A stretch of 64,000 nucleotides of DNA, taken from the NCBI GenBank assembly GCA_963667725.2, contig CAXXHO010000003.1, forward strand, positions 1,024,001-1,088,000, given 5' to 3'. The notes under the pieces were generated by a model. It did not search any database, had not been told where the DNA came from, and worked only from the letters and a program-made list of their open reading frames with translations. The translations under genes were made by a program, and so were the position numbers. Below, piece by piece: positions 30,355 through 40,141 of this stretch. The stretch is from Treponemataceae bacterium (GTDB lineage: Bacteria; Spirochaetota; Spirochaetia; Treponematales; Rectinemataceae). Every line of letters starts with the position of its first letter. The first letter of the stretch is position 1.

Positions 30355-30382
30355 TACAGTATAAATAAAAGGAGTTTAAAGA

Positions 30383-31525
30383 ATGAAAAAAACTTTCTTT
30401 TTCCGTCTCACCACGTTACTTATAATCGCATTGTTCGTCTTGGCAGGTTGCGCAACCACAATCGGAAGTACCTCTAAAGTGGATACCTACACCCACGCTT
30501 CATCCAATCCTAAGGGTATGTCGGGTTTCCCCGATAAAACGCCGCTCACGGGAGCAAAGCTCCAGGGCGCATACGACTTCCTGGTAGATTCTTCCCACTA
30601 TGCGTACACTCAGAAGGATCTGCCGTCTTTTAACTCAGCAAAATATCCCCATGGATTTGACGAAAACTGGCGCTCCAAGCTAAACAGTCGTGTATACCGA
30701 GGTCCCTACTACGATCCCTTATGCAGGTCCGTTGACTGGCTCTCCATTAATCCCAACGGCACGGTGGACGTATCCCTGGGTTCTTATTGGGGCATGGTGA
30801 CTCCGAATAAGGAACTCCCGGTTTCTGAATTACCGGGCTATCAAAAATCGAGCAAATATCAGATTTTTTCCTACAATTCCTCGGGCCAGATGACCCAGAA
30901 CTGGAAAGAGCGCAAACGCGGTACCTTTGCTATAGATGCCTCCCTGGCTGAATATTATGGCATCGGAGGCAACGGCGTTCTTCTCGTAGAAGTGGCGCTG
31001 AACCACTACACGGACGTTGTTGTTACCCCGGAACAGTACTATGACGGCTTGCTGCCCGAAAGCTGGTCGATGGGCACCAATTTCGGTCTCAAGGCCATCG
31101 ATCCTTCATATCCCAGCTGGACAGAATTCTGGAAACTGAGCGAAGCGCAGCGGAAGGACGTTCTTGCCAAAATGAACGGCGATGTCAAGGTCAAGGAATT
31201 GCTGGCTACCCGGGGCTCTTATTTCTGGTTTGATGTCCTACAGATCGTCAGCGTTACCAATCTGATCGGCTTTGAGTTCGAATCCGCCAATGGTAAAATT
31301 AACGGCATCGACAAGGACCACGACGGGTTCCTGGATAAATATCCTGCTGGCCACGAAAAAGCCGGCCAGCCAATCATCTCCAAAATGTCAAATCTTCGGG
31401 TACCCGAGTACAGCCTTTACCTGAACTTTAACGACGGCTGGTGGTACGACCGCTGGTCCACTCCCGGCCAGATTAAAGTCGTCTATGCCGACGGTACCGT
31501 CGTGTCGGATCCCAGAAAGAAATAA
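30383..31525 (+). CDS. Hypothetical lipoprotein
   Basis: AAGGAG RBS, LAGC lipobox, 380 aa. Confidence 0.8.
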   Translation: MKKTFFFRLTTLLIIALFVLAGCATTIGSTSKVDTYTHASSNPKGMSGFPDKTPLTGAKLQGAYDFLVDSSHYAYTQKDLPSFNSAKYPHGFDENWRSKLNSRVYRGPYYDPLCRSVDWLSINPNGTVDVSLGSYWGMVTPNKELPVSELPGYQKSSKYQIFSYNSSGQMTQNWKERKRGTFAIDASLAEYYGIGGNGVLLVEVALNHYTDVVVTPEQYYDGLLPESWSMGTNFGLKAIDPSYPSWTEFWKLSEAQRKDVLAKMNGDVKVKELLATRGSYFWFDVLQIVSVTNLIGFEFESANGKINGIDKDHDGFLDKYPAGHEKAGQPIISKMSNLRVPEYSLYLNFNDGWWYDRWSTPGQIKVVYADGTVVSDPRKK

Positions 31526-31622
31526 CGCACTTTGCCCGTGGCGCTTTTCGTGCCGCGGGGGCTGCGTTCCGGGCGCCTTCTCGTAGAGGTGTCCCGGGCG
31601 CGCAACATCGGAGGAGATTATC

Positions 31623-32321
31623 TTGAAGCTGCGCACCTATGCCGCGACCGTATGCGTCCTGGCATTTCTCTTAATGGTCACTAACTGTGCCAGTAGCGCT
31701 AAAAAGCCGATGGCCGAAAATCCCCGGGTGACAACGCCCACCATGGCGCAAAACCCTGACAGGTATTTTAATAACGGTTCCATAGCTATTACCCTGGTAA
31801 CTGAAACGCCCAACGCGGCAATTTACTATACCCTCGACGGGTCCATCCCCGCCGCGGAAAACGGCACCCTCTACGCTGGGCCTTTTAACCTGACCTTTGA
31901 TAAAACAAAGAATACTGAATTTAGGGGCTACGTCCTAGTACAGGCCATTGCCGTTAAGGCGGGCCATCCCAACAGCGCCATGACCTCGCAGATTTTCCAA
32001 GTGTTCCCGGCGGAGCAAATCAAGGGCTTAGACGGAAAGCCGGTTACAGGCGGACCCGCGACCGGAACGGGCACCGGATATTACGCCCCGGTAGAGGTAA
32101 CCTTAAGCCTAAGTAACGGGTATATAACCGACGTCAGATTTATCAACGTGGAGGACAAACAAACTGAAACGTTTTTTAACAAGGCCAGAACCTATGCGGC
32201 TGATTTTTTTAAAGTTATGAACTCCCCGGATTTTGTTCCCGCCGTATCCGGCGCTTCCTATTCCGGCAACGGCGTCAGGGAAGCCGCTAAAGACGCGATA
32301 AACAAAATCGTAAGCAAATAG
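31623..32321 (+). CDS. Lipoprotein with CHB_HEX_C/Fn3-associated domain and FMN-binding domain
   Basis: IYYTLDGSIP...Y.GPF; GTGTGYYAPVEVTL...ITDV...VSGASYS ([S/T]GA[S/T] flavinylation motif). Confidence 0.8.
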   Translation: MKLRTYAATVCVLAFLLMVTNCASSAKKPMAENPRVTTPTMAQNPDRYFNNGSIAITLVTETPNAAIYYTLDGSIPAAENGTLYAGPFNLTFDKTKNTEFRGYVLVQAIAVKAGHPNSAMTSQIFQVFPAEQIKGLDGKPVTGGPATGTGTGYYAPVEVTLSLSNGYITDVRFINVEDKQTETFFNKARTYAADFFKVMNSPDFVPAVSGASYSGNGVREAAKDAINKIVSK

Positions 32322-32339
32322 AATTATTATAAAGGAATG

Positions 32340-32366
32340 AAGCCTCCCGCCCTGGAGGCTTTTTTA
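32340..32366 (+). terminator. Intrinsic terminator
   Basis: AAGCCTCC-N6-GGAGGCTT followed by a T run. Confidence 0.75.
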
Positions 32367-32494
32367 TTCCAAGTCACGTCTCACAGGCTTCATTTACTCT
32401 ACGTCTCCCCGGACAGACCGGTACCGAAAATCAAGCCCTTTTTTGATATTATAAATTTTTGTTGAAACTCATCTTACCACTGTGTTTATTGACT

Positions 32495-32528
32495 AAAATA
32501 AAAAAGGCTGTCATCTCTGACGGCCTTT
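32495..32528 (-). terminator. Intrinsic terminator downstream of the tRNA-like fragment
   Basis: Minus strand AAAGGCCGTCA-GAGA-TGACAGCCTTT followed by TTTATTTT. Confidence 0.7.
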
Positions 32529-32535
32529 CCGTTCG

Positions 32536-32557
32536 TGGAGGTGAGGGGAATCGAACC
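32536..32557 (-). other. Orphan 3' fragment of tRNA-Ala or tmRNA (att-site scar)
   Basis: Minus strand GGTTCGATTCCCCTCACCTCCA: T-loop plus acceptor 3' strand with U70 and discriminator A; no 5' half. Confidence 0.75.
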
Positions 32558-32691
32558 TAAATACTTATATGATATATAATTACATAGTATATCATAGAGT
32601 GCTATGATTTCTTTCTCTAAAAGTACTTAGCTCTGTCAACATCATAATGAGCCCATTGATATTGCTCGTCGTTATCCTCGATTTTAAGAAA

Positions 32692-32750
32692 TATTGCTTA
32701 CAGTATTGATTACAGTATTGCTTACAGTATTGCTTACAGTATTTGATTAG
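32692..32750. repeat. 12-bp tandem repeat x4 plus a degenerate fifth unit
   Basis: TATTGCTTACAG TATTGATTACAG TATTGCTTACAG TATTGCTTACAG TATTTGATTAG. Confidence 0.9.
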
Positions 32751-33047
32751 TAATAAATTATTGGGTCCTTTTATAGGCGAAGTGCATATTCATAGAAGTC
32801 AATTCTTTCGAAATAGCACCTGCGCATTACGAGTGCATATTCTATAAAGCATGCAGTAGCTTACACTACTATAGTATTTGCATAATTCATTTCAGTCAAT
32901 AGATATAATTTCTATTGTGTTACTTTTAGTTATCTAGCTTTGCTCAGTTAATTATGCAGTTTTGGTCAACTTTGCTACCGATTTTGCTACAGAGCTTGGC
33001 TCTATATAGGCAGATTTTTATGCTTAGGTAGTATTCAATTCAAGCGA

Positions 33048-33845
33048 TCATCCACCGAGCAGTTTGGACAGTTCCTCAGCTTTCTTAAGCGTGTATGGGA
33101 TTGCCCTTTCCATGAAGTCTTCTGACATCCGTCCAAGCACTGCTGATACGCAAATTGTGCCAACAAGCATTCCCGCCCCGCTGAAGACCGGTACTGCCAA
33201 TGCGGCCGATCCCAACGATTTGTCTTCAAAAGAAACCAGGTATCCTTGTTTACGAACCAGTGCAAGACATTCTCGCAACTCAGTTTCTGTTGTTAACGTA
33301 TTTTTCGTATATTTTTTGAACGGAGCTTTTGCCAAGACAGCATTACGCAAAGTTTCAGAGCCCCATGTGAGCAATACTTTGCTTGAAGCCCCGTAGGGGA
33401 ATTCCCCTTCTGAACCTTCTATCATGCTGTAACGTACCGGTTGCGGGCTTTCCACTGAACAGATACAAAGTCTCTTATCATTTCGGAGAATTTGAAAGCT
33501 TACCGTTTCCTGAAGGTCATTGGCCATTTTTACTAATTCCGGACGAATAGTCTTGATAAGTGTGTTGCTTCGTTCGTAGGCTTTTCCAAGGGAGAGCAGC
33601 CTTGGCCCTAATGAATAGATTCCCTCTTCTCTCATGTGAATCATATACCCCATGTGTTCCATGGTTCCGCAAAGCCGCATGATCCTCGATTTATTGATAC
33701 CTACTTCCCTGCTTAATTCTGCGAGTGAGGCATGCGAGTCTTTTTTTGCCAGATAATCCAGGATCCTTAGGCTGTAAATAAGAGATGAGTTCAACCTGTC
33801 AGATTCTTTGCTTTTTGCATTTTTATCGATTTTTTTATCTTCCAT
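33048..33845 (-). CDS. IclR family regulator
   Basis: HTH LAELSREVGINKS, YSLGPRLLSLG, VRKQGY, ALAVPVF; start ATG 33845 after GAGGAG. Confidence 0.92.
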   Translation of the reverse strand: MEDKKIDKNAKSKESDRLNSSLIYSLRILDYLAKKDSHASLAELSREVGINKSRIMRLCGTMEHMGYMIHMREEGIYSLGPRLLSLGKAYERSNTLIKTIRPELVKMANDLQETVSFQILRNDKRLCICSVESPQPVRYSMIEGSEGEFPYGASSKVLLTWGSETLRNAVLAKAPFKKYTKNTLTTETELRECLALVRKQGYLVSFEDKSLGSAALAVPVFSGAGMLVGTICVSAVLGRMSEDFMERAIPYTLKKAEELSKLLGG

Positions 33846-33973
33846 ATAATATTCTCCTCGGCTAAATTCCAGCTCTCTGCACTGATGGATCGTGACCAAT
33901 TACCTATACAGTGATTCCCGTCACCTCTAAAAACATAAAGTGTTCCAGAAGTATAGATAGAAATATCAAAAAA

Positions 33974-34018
33974 TAGAATCATATTCTACTTGACAATACC
34001 GAGTTTGTACAGGAGAAT
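33974..34018 (+). promoter_or_regulatory. Putative IclR operator and promoter
   Basis: TAGAAT-CAT-ATTCTA palindrome abutting TTGACA(33990)-17-GAGAAT. Confidence 0.55.
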
Positions 34019-34114
34019 AAAAATAGAACGCAAGCTAATATTTTAGAACAGTCGTTATTACAACATACGAACTGGTATACAATTTTTGAAAGAATAAAGA
34101 GGGTAGGTAGATTC

Positions 34115-35269
34115 GTGGATTGTCTCGAAAGGATATTCAAGGAGATTCATAGTAATCCGGAGCTCGCAATGAAAGAGCAGAAGACAACTGCGCTTATCAA
34201 ATCCGTCATAGCTGAGTTAGGAGTTGAACAGATTCAACTTCAGAGAATGGAAGTGGGCGCAGCATGTATAATACGTGGTAAAAAACCTGGGCCTACACTA
34301 GCCCTACGGGCTGATATGGACGCTCTGCCGCTTGAAGAGAAAACTGGGCTAGATTACGCATCCAAGATACCATTCACAATGCATGCCTGTGGGCATGACT
34401 TAAATACTACAATCCTTATAGGAGTACTTCAACAAATGGTAGAGCGCCGGATCGATGAACACATCGCGGGCAATATCAAATTTCTCTTCCAGCCGGCGGA
34501 AGAGACGCTTGAAGGCGCCAGGTTGATGATCGATGCACAGGTCCTGCAAAATCCTAAAGTCGACATGATCCTCATGTCTCATGGTGATCCAGATCTCAAG
34601 GTGGGCCAGATTGGTCTATTTAGTGAATTCAGCCATGCAAATTCTGATACGTTCATTATTGAGATGAAAGGAACAGGAGGTCATGCCGCCAGACCATATG
34701 AAACCCAGGATCTCGTTCTTACAGGCTCATATATAATTACAATGTTCCAATCCATTATCTCCCGTAATCTGGATGCGAGGGATATAGCCGTTCTCTCGGT
34801 AAGTAGTTTTAATGCCGGTAATGCCCCTAATATTATTCCCAGCACTGCTCGATTGACTGGTACGGTTAGGACCCTCGCGGATAATGTCCAGGAAATAATC
34901 CAGAATAGAATGCAAGAAATCTGTGCATCAGCAGCAAGTGCATTCCATCTCGAGGTGTCGTTTCAATACAAACGCGGTACGCCCTCTTGTAAGGTAGATG
35001 ATCATGCAGAGGCTCTTCTTCTCGGAGCCGCTTCTAAGTATATACAGCGGAAAGACATCTTTGACCTGAAAACTAGAATGGGAGGAGAGGATTTTGCCTA
35101 TTTTTCCAGGCTTGTTCCCGCTGGAGTTATGCGACTTGGTGTGACGCCTCCTGACAGTAAAAAGTATGGGTCTACCCATTCATCAACATTTCGAGCCGAT
35201 ATGAATGCTATTCCCGTTGGCGTAAAGATTCTTTGCCAGGCCGTAGAGGATTATTTCAAATGCAATTAA
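34115..35269 (+). CDS. M20 amidohydrolase (Acy1-like)
   Basis: ALRADMDALP, MHACGHD, FQPAEE, GGEDF. Confidence 0.93.
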   Translation: MDCLERIFKEIHSNPELAMKEQKTTALIKSVIAELGVEQIQLQRMEVGAACIIRGKKPGPTLALRADMDALPLEEKTGLDYASKIPFTMHACGHDLNTTILIGVLQQMVERRIDEHIAGNIKFLFQPAEETLEGARLMIDAQVLQNPKVDMILMSHGDPDLKVGQIGLFSEFSHANSDTFIIEMKGTGGHAARPYETQDLVLTGSYIITMFQSIISRNLDARDIAVLSVSSFNAGNAPNIIPSTARLTGTVRTLADNVQEIIQNRMQEICASAASAFHLEVSFQYKRGTPSCKVDDHAEALLLGAASKYIQRKDIFDLKTRMGGEDFAYFSRLVPAGVMRLGVTPPDSKKYGSTHSSTFRADMNAIPVGVKILCQAVEDYFKCN

Positions 35270-36465
35270 GTATCAATAACACTGTAGAAAATGGCTTATC
35301 AGCCAATTCAATGGACGCTTATGCATACCTTGAAGATTCCTCAGCGGTAACGGTGGAACTCGCGCCTGATGTCGATGGACCCTGGGACAGTCTTCTTCCC
35401 GTGTCGGGAGAGCAGGAAAAAAGGGCGATGAAGCTGTACAAGGATTCAATCGTTTTTGATCTGCACAATCATGTGCACCGATTACCGAAAAACGTGTTGA
35501 GCGATTTCGAATCGTATGCAAGAAGCGGACGTGTGGCGAACGGGTATCAAGGTATCGCCAAATCCAGAATGACAGCCTGTTTTAATGGATATGGAGGAAG
35601 TGTTGGTAGGCGCTCGAGCCCTCAAGCCTGGCAATTCGATGACATTCTCTGGGATCTTGGCATGCGGCAGGCAGACATTCTACATCACCCAACGGTCACT
35701 ATGCCAGGGACCTGTGTAGCCGACATTTATAAAGCCAAAGAACGGGGTATTTGTGCAATTTTCGCTAATGTTGAGAACGCTGGTATCATTGGGAATGAAC
35801 TAGATAGACTCGATGTCCTATACGGGTTCGGAGTCAGGTGCCTAGGCCTGTCTTATAATCAGCGTAATACACTTGCCGATGGCAGCAACGAAAAGGAAGA
35901 GGGTGGGTTAAGCCTGCTTGGAGTCAAAGCGGTCCTCAGGATGAACCAGCTGGGAATATTGATGGATTTCGCCCACAGTTCGGATAGAGCTATTTTAGAC
36001 ACTCTTGAGGTATCTCGTGTTCCTTGCTGTATCAGTCATTCCATCCCTTTGGCATTGCGTGACCATCCTAAAGCTAAATCGGATGAAATCCTGAAGCTTA
36101 TCGCTAAGGAAGGATGGGTTTTTGGCGTACAGTCGGTCCCAAACATTACTTCGTCAGGCAAGGAACAGAGCATTATTGATGTTGCAGATCAGATAGACCA
36201 CTGCGTTGAAGTTATGGGTATCGACCATGTGGCGATTGGTACTGATTCTATGTTTGGCAATCATCGAGATCTACATAAATGCATATCAAAAATGATGGGA
36301 CACGCACATAAGGGGTTCATGGGCGAATATGTTAAATACTTGGAAAACCCCGGCGAGCTTCCTAATTTGGGGAGAATTCTGGTTTTGCGTGGTTACTCAG
36401 ATGAGGATATTGGTAAACTACTTGGGATGAATATTGTACATCTTCTCGGAAATACTATCGGCTAG
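35260..36465 (+). CDS. M19 membrane (renal)-type dipeptidase
   Basis: DLHNH, MNQLGILMDFAH, SHS, GIDHVAIGTD. Confidence 0.85.
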   Translation: MQLSINNTVENGLSANSMDAYAYLEDSSAVTVELAPDVDGPWDSLLPVSGEQEKRAMKLYKDSIVFDLHNHVHRLPKNVLSDFESYARSGRVANGYQGIAKSRMTACFNGYGGSVGRRSSPQAWQFDDILWDLGMRQADILHHPTVTMPGTCVADIYKAKERGICAIFANVENAGIIGNELDRLDVLYGFGVRCLGLSYNQRNTLADGSNEKEEGGLSLLGVKAVLRMNQLGILMDFAHSSDRAILDTLEVSRVPCCISHSIPLALRDHPKAKSDEILKLIAKEGWVFGVQSVPNITSSGKEQSIIDVADQIDHCVEVMGIDHVAIGTDSMFGNHRDLHKCISKMMGHAHKGFMGEYVKYLENPGELPNLGRILVLRGYSDEDIGKLLGMNIVHLLGNTIG

Positions 36466-36504
36466 ATTTGCATGCAGCAATTTTGAATTAAGGAAGAAAT
36501 CGGT

Positions 36505-37005
36505 ATGACGAAGGCAAAAAAAGATCTAGTTTGGTCCGTATTGCTTTGCGCGACAAGCATTGGGACCTACTTCTACAGTAATTCGTTCAAGAGTCTCTTT
36601 GCGACCCAGTTTTTAGCCGAATCATCCGTATATACAAAAATTTGGGCGGTTGCTCTTTTTCTTCTTTCCGTGGCGCTCGGGATACGCTCCCTTAAAAACA
36701 TTGATAAGGAAAAATCAACGCAGTTGGTGAGTATAGGAACGATAGTGTCTATTCTTGCGTTGATCATCTACCTTCTTGTATTGAATTATGTGGGTTTTCT
36801 TATCAGTACAGTTGTTTTTCTGACTGGTATGATCACGTATTACCAGTGGTTGAGCTTGAAAAAAGAAGAGCGCGCAATTTTTAAGCTCTCTGTATCACTG
36901 ATAAAATCGTTTTTTTTATCAGCAATCGTATCAGTAATCCTACAACTGATTTTTACCCATTTATTTGGTGTATTACTTCCGACATGTATTGTGATCGGAA
37001 TTTGA
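36505..37005 (+). CDS. tctB: Tripartite tricarboxylate transporter small subunit
   Basis: 4 TM, YVGFLIST, C-terminal F..LFGVLLP. Confidence 0.8.
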   Translation: MTKAKKDLVWSVLLCATSIGTYFYSNSFKSLFATQFLAESSVYTKIWAVALFLLSVALGIRSLKNIDKEKSTQLVSIGTIVSILALIIYLLVLNYVGFLISTVVFLTGMITYYQWLSLKKEERAIFKLSVSLIKSFFLSAIVSVILQLIFTHLFGVLLPTCIVIGI

Positions 37006-37022
37006 ATACAAGGAGGAGAGCC

Positions 37023-37994
37023 ATGATGTCGAAAAGAAATGCAAGGTTGTCCAAGCGTATCGTTTGTTTGGCGGTTATGATGCTAACGGTTGGGATATCT
37101 GCATATGCACAGAATTTCCCAATACACTCAGTGAAAGTAATAGTTCCTTTCGGACCGGGAGGAAGCGGAGATCTCACTACCCGTATCCTTCTCCAGTATA
37201 CCAATCTTGGACAACCTACTGTCGTTGTGAATATCGCAGGAGCAGGTGCCACCATCGGAACCATGGAAGCCTATAATAGTAAACCTGATGGTTATACGTT
37301 GCTTGCTAATACTCCTGCTGGAATGATACTAGGAGGATTTCAGGGCCTTTATTCTGAAGATGTCTTCCGGAAGATGATTCCATTAATTGTCATGGGCTTA
37401 GACAATCCTGTATTCTGTGTTTCTGGAAAATCTCAATTCAAGAACGCCAAACAATTTTTCGACTACGCCAAAGCTAATCCAGGAAAGCTGAACCTCGCAT
37501 CTGTTGGGATGTCCACCATGTATACGTCCAGTCTTGTCGTAAGAGATTCTGTTGGTATGGATCTCAATTATGTATCTTTCGATAGTTCTACAAAATCAAG
37601 AGCGGCGCTTCTTGGAGGCCATGTCGATTCCTTGCTTGCCACGATTTCCGAAAACAAAGCGTTAATAGAATCTGGTGATCTCAAACCCCTCTTTGTGCTT
37701 TCGGCAGAACGCTCTCCTTTCCTTCCTGATGTTCCCACTATGATCGAACTTGGATACAACGTCACTGGATGCCTCGGTACACGTGGAATCTGGGCTCCAG
37801 CTAATACTCCTGCATCGATCGTCAAGAAGCTGGAATCTGCTTTCCTTAAGGCAGCGCAGAATCCTGAGTTTAAGAAAGTATATTTGGAAAAAATGGCGAT
37901 CGAGCCGGTAGCATGGGATAGCGCTACGTGTAGGGCTTGGGTCGACAACAATGCTGCATATTACAAAGATCTCTTGCACAAGTATTCAAAATAA
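37023..37994 (+). CDS. tctC: TTT substrate-binding protein
   Basis: IVPFGPGGSGD, N.AGAGATIG, KPDGYTLL, ALLGGHVD, PDVPT. Confidence 0.92.
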   Translation: MMSKRNARLSKRIVCLAVMMLTVGISAYAQNFPIHSVKVIVPFGPGGSGDLTTRILLQYTNLGQPTVVVNIAGAGATIGTMEAYNSKPDGYTLLANTPAGMILGGFQGLYSEDVFRKMIPLIVMGLDNPVFCVSGKSQFKNAKQFFDYAKANPGKLNLASVGMSTMYTSSLVVRDSVGMDLNYVSFDSSTKSRAALLGGHVDSLLATISENKALIESGDLKPLFVLSAERSPFLPDVPTMIELGYNVTGCLGTRGIWAPANTPASIVKKLESAFLKAAQNPEFKKVYLEKMAIEPVAWDSATCRAWVDNNAAYYKDLLHKYSK

Positions 37995-38073
37995 TATCGA
38001 GGAGCTATGTGATGGCGCGGGTATTCATCAAGGGTGAAATCCGCGCCGTAATTGAGACTAGTCAGGAGATAAT

Positions 38074-39579
38074 ATGGATATTCTTTCAATACTCGGGGCA
38101 GGATTCCAGGCCTTTTTGACCGATCCCACCGTTATGGCTTTACTTATCGGGGGTGTAATCCTCGGACTGATTTTCGGAGTAATTCCAGGACTAACGGCGG
38201 CGCTTGGTGTCTCCTTGATACTGCCACTTACCTATGTACTGTCGCCCATCCAGGGGCTTGCGACGTTGATAGGTATCTATGTTGGTGGAATATCAGGTGG
38301 CTTGTATGGCGCAATCTTGATAAATATTCCCGGCACCTCAGCATCTATAGTGACCTGCTTCGACGGACATCCAATGGCGAAAAAAGGAAAGGCAGCCGAA
38401 GCTCTTTCTATGGGAATTTTTGCTTCCTTCATCGGGGGCACCTTTAGCATGTTTATCCTAGTTACCGTAGCGCCCTTGCTAGCAAAAGCAGCTTTGGTCT
38501 TTGGGCCATGGGAATACACTGCATTGGGAATAATGGGCTTAAGTGTGGTTGTGAGTTTAGCAAGCAAAGATCTCCTTAAGGGGCTAATCTCGGCTGTTGT
38601 CGGCATTTTTCTTGCGCTTGCAGGAATGGACCCGATTTTAGGAATTAGCAGATTTACTTTCGGATTCTGGCAGTTGAATACTGGGTTCCCTACCTTGCCC
38701 ACTATGATGGGTTTTTTCGCATTAGGTGAGATGTTGAATCAGGTACGCTCTCTTGAGTCGGGCAGTAGTGAAATGCAGGTCTTGCAGAAAAAAGTGCCTC
38801 TGCTCCCCTCCTGGAGCAACATCAAGCAATCAAGACTAGCCCTATTCATCGGATCCATAGTCGGTACCATAATTGGCATTCTGCCCGGTGTCGGGCAATC
38901 TACGGCATCAATGCTTGCTTACTCACAAGTAAAAGCGTTGTCTAAACATCCTGATGAATTTGGCAAAGGCAGTATTGAAGGTGTTGCGGTATCTGAATCC
39001 GCCAACAATGCGGTATGCGGCGGTGCCATGATTCCTATGATGACTCTTGGCATTCCAGGCGATCTTGTTACATCGATCCTTATGGGCGGTCTTGTTATCC
39101 ATGGTTTACAGCCAGGTCCGCTTATGTTCCGTCTCAACCCTGATGTCGTGGGTTCAATGTTTGTAGCTTATGCCCTCTCAAATATTATCATGGTGATCGT
39201 TGCACTCGCGATGGTTCGTATCTTCGTTAAGTTACTTAAGGTTCCTGCGAAAATTCTCTATCCTATCATACTAATTATGTGTGTACTTGGTACCTTTAGC
39301 GTCAACAATCGGGTGTTCGATATTTGGATTCTTCTCATAGCTGGGATTTTTGGGTATTTGTTTACTGGGAGCGGTTTTTCTCTTCCTCCAATGATTCTCG
39401 GCTACATCCTTGGCCCAATTGTTGAGAGCAACTTCCGCACGGCGATAATCGCATCCAAAGGTAATCTAGCAGATTTTGGAAACAAACCTATTGCTGTTAT
39501 AATCCTCATCATATCAGCGCTTTTTATACTGCTTCCACTTTATTTCAAGTTCCGAAGAACTAAAGCTATAAAGAGATGA
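38074..39579 (+). CDS. tctA: TTT large permease
   Basis: GVIPGL, INIPGT, ESANNA, LGIPGD, PGP. Confidence 0.93.
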   Translation: MDILSILGAGFQAFLTDPTVMALLIGGVILGLIFGVIPGLTAALGVSLILPLTYVLSPIQGLATLIGIYVGGISGGLYGAILINIPGTSASIVTCFDGHPMAKKGKAAEALSMGIFASFIGGTFSMFILVTVAPLLAKAALVFGPWEYTALGIMGLSVVVSLASKDLLKGLISAVVGIFLALAGMDPILGISRFTFGFWQLNTGFPTLPTMMGFFALGEMLNQVRSLESGSSEMQVLQKKVPLLPSWSNIKQSRLALFIGSIVGTIIGILPGVGQSTASMLAYSQVKALSKHPDEFGKGSIEGVAVSESANNAVCGGAMIPMMTLGIPGDLVTSILMGGLVIHGLQPGPLMFRLNPDVVGSMFVAYALSNIIMVIVALAMVRIFVKLLKVPAKILYPIILIMCVLGTFSVNNRVFDIWILLIAGIFGYLFTGSGFSLPPMILGYILGPIVESNFRTAIIASKGNLADFGNKPIAVIILIISALFILLPLYFKFRRTKAIKR

Positions 39580-39849
39580 AAGGCAATTTTCACTAATTAA
39601 TCGGCAAACTATCTGTCGAGGTGTCACATGAAGGCACCTCGATATTTTTAATAGGTTTCTCTATTATTCGCAATACATGTCCAGTCTTTAGGAATTACAT
39701 AATGAAGACAAGCATTGTTAGGGCTATTAAAGCTGTCACTAATGGTCTTCGCTAGGATGCCTTAATGACTTTACGCCTTAACACTTCCGTTAGTGTAAAA
39801 GGTGGATTTTAATTTTAAAAAGAAACCAATCCGTTATATAAGCATGTAA

Positions 39850-40020
39850 TACGCTACACCTAAATGGGTTGACTGGTTCAACAACCGAAGGCTGTTCAAG
39901 CCAATCGGCAATATTACTATACCAGCGGAGTTTGAAGATTCATATTATACTAATCAAGAAATCTTGGTCTTCGGAACCGGACTCATATGAAAGGTACTCC
40001 GGTAAACCTGGGGCGATTCA
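39850..40020 (+). pseudogene. IS3-family (IS51/IS629-like) 3' remnant with right IR
   Basis: KWVDWFNNRRLFKPIGNI..PAEFE..YY, then CTCCGGTAAACCTGGGGCGATTCA. Confidence 0.8.
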
Positions 40021-40141
40021 CTTTCAAGGCATTCCATGGTAGTTTTGATTATGGAGAACTCGATCATCTCTTCGCTATGGATTAGTTTTTGAATTATTTA
40101 TTCTGCCATAAATATTTGATTGTTTTTTATGGATTTATAAT

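Noticed and set aside
32644..32655. ATAATGAGCCCA match to the IS right end
   Set aside because: Only 12 bp and no further IS sequence; could be chance
32692..32750. Possible CRISPR array
   Set aside because: Units are 12 bp and contiguous with no spacers; no cas genes in the window
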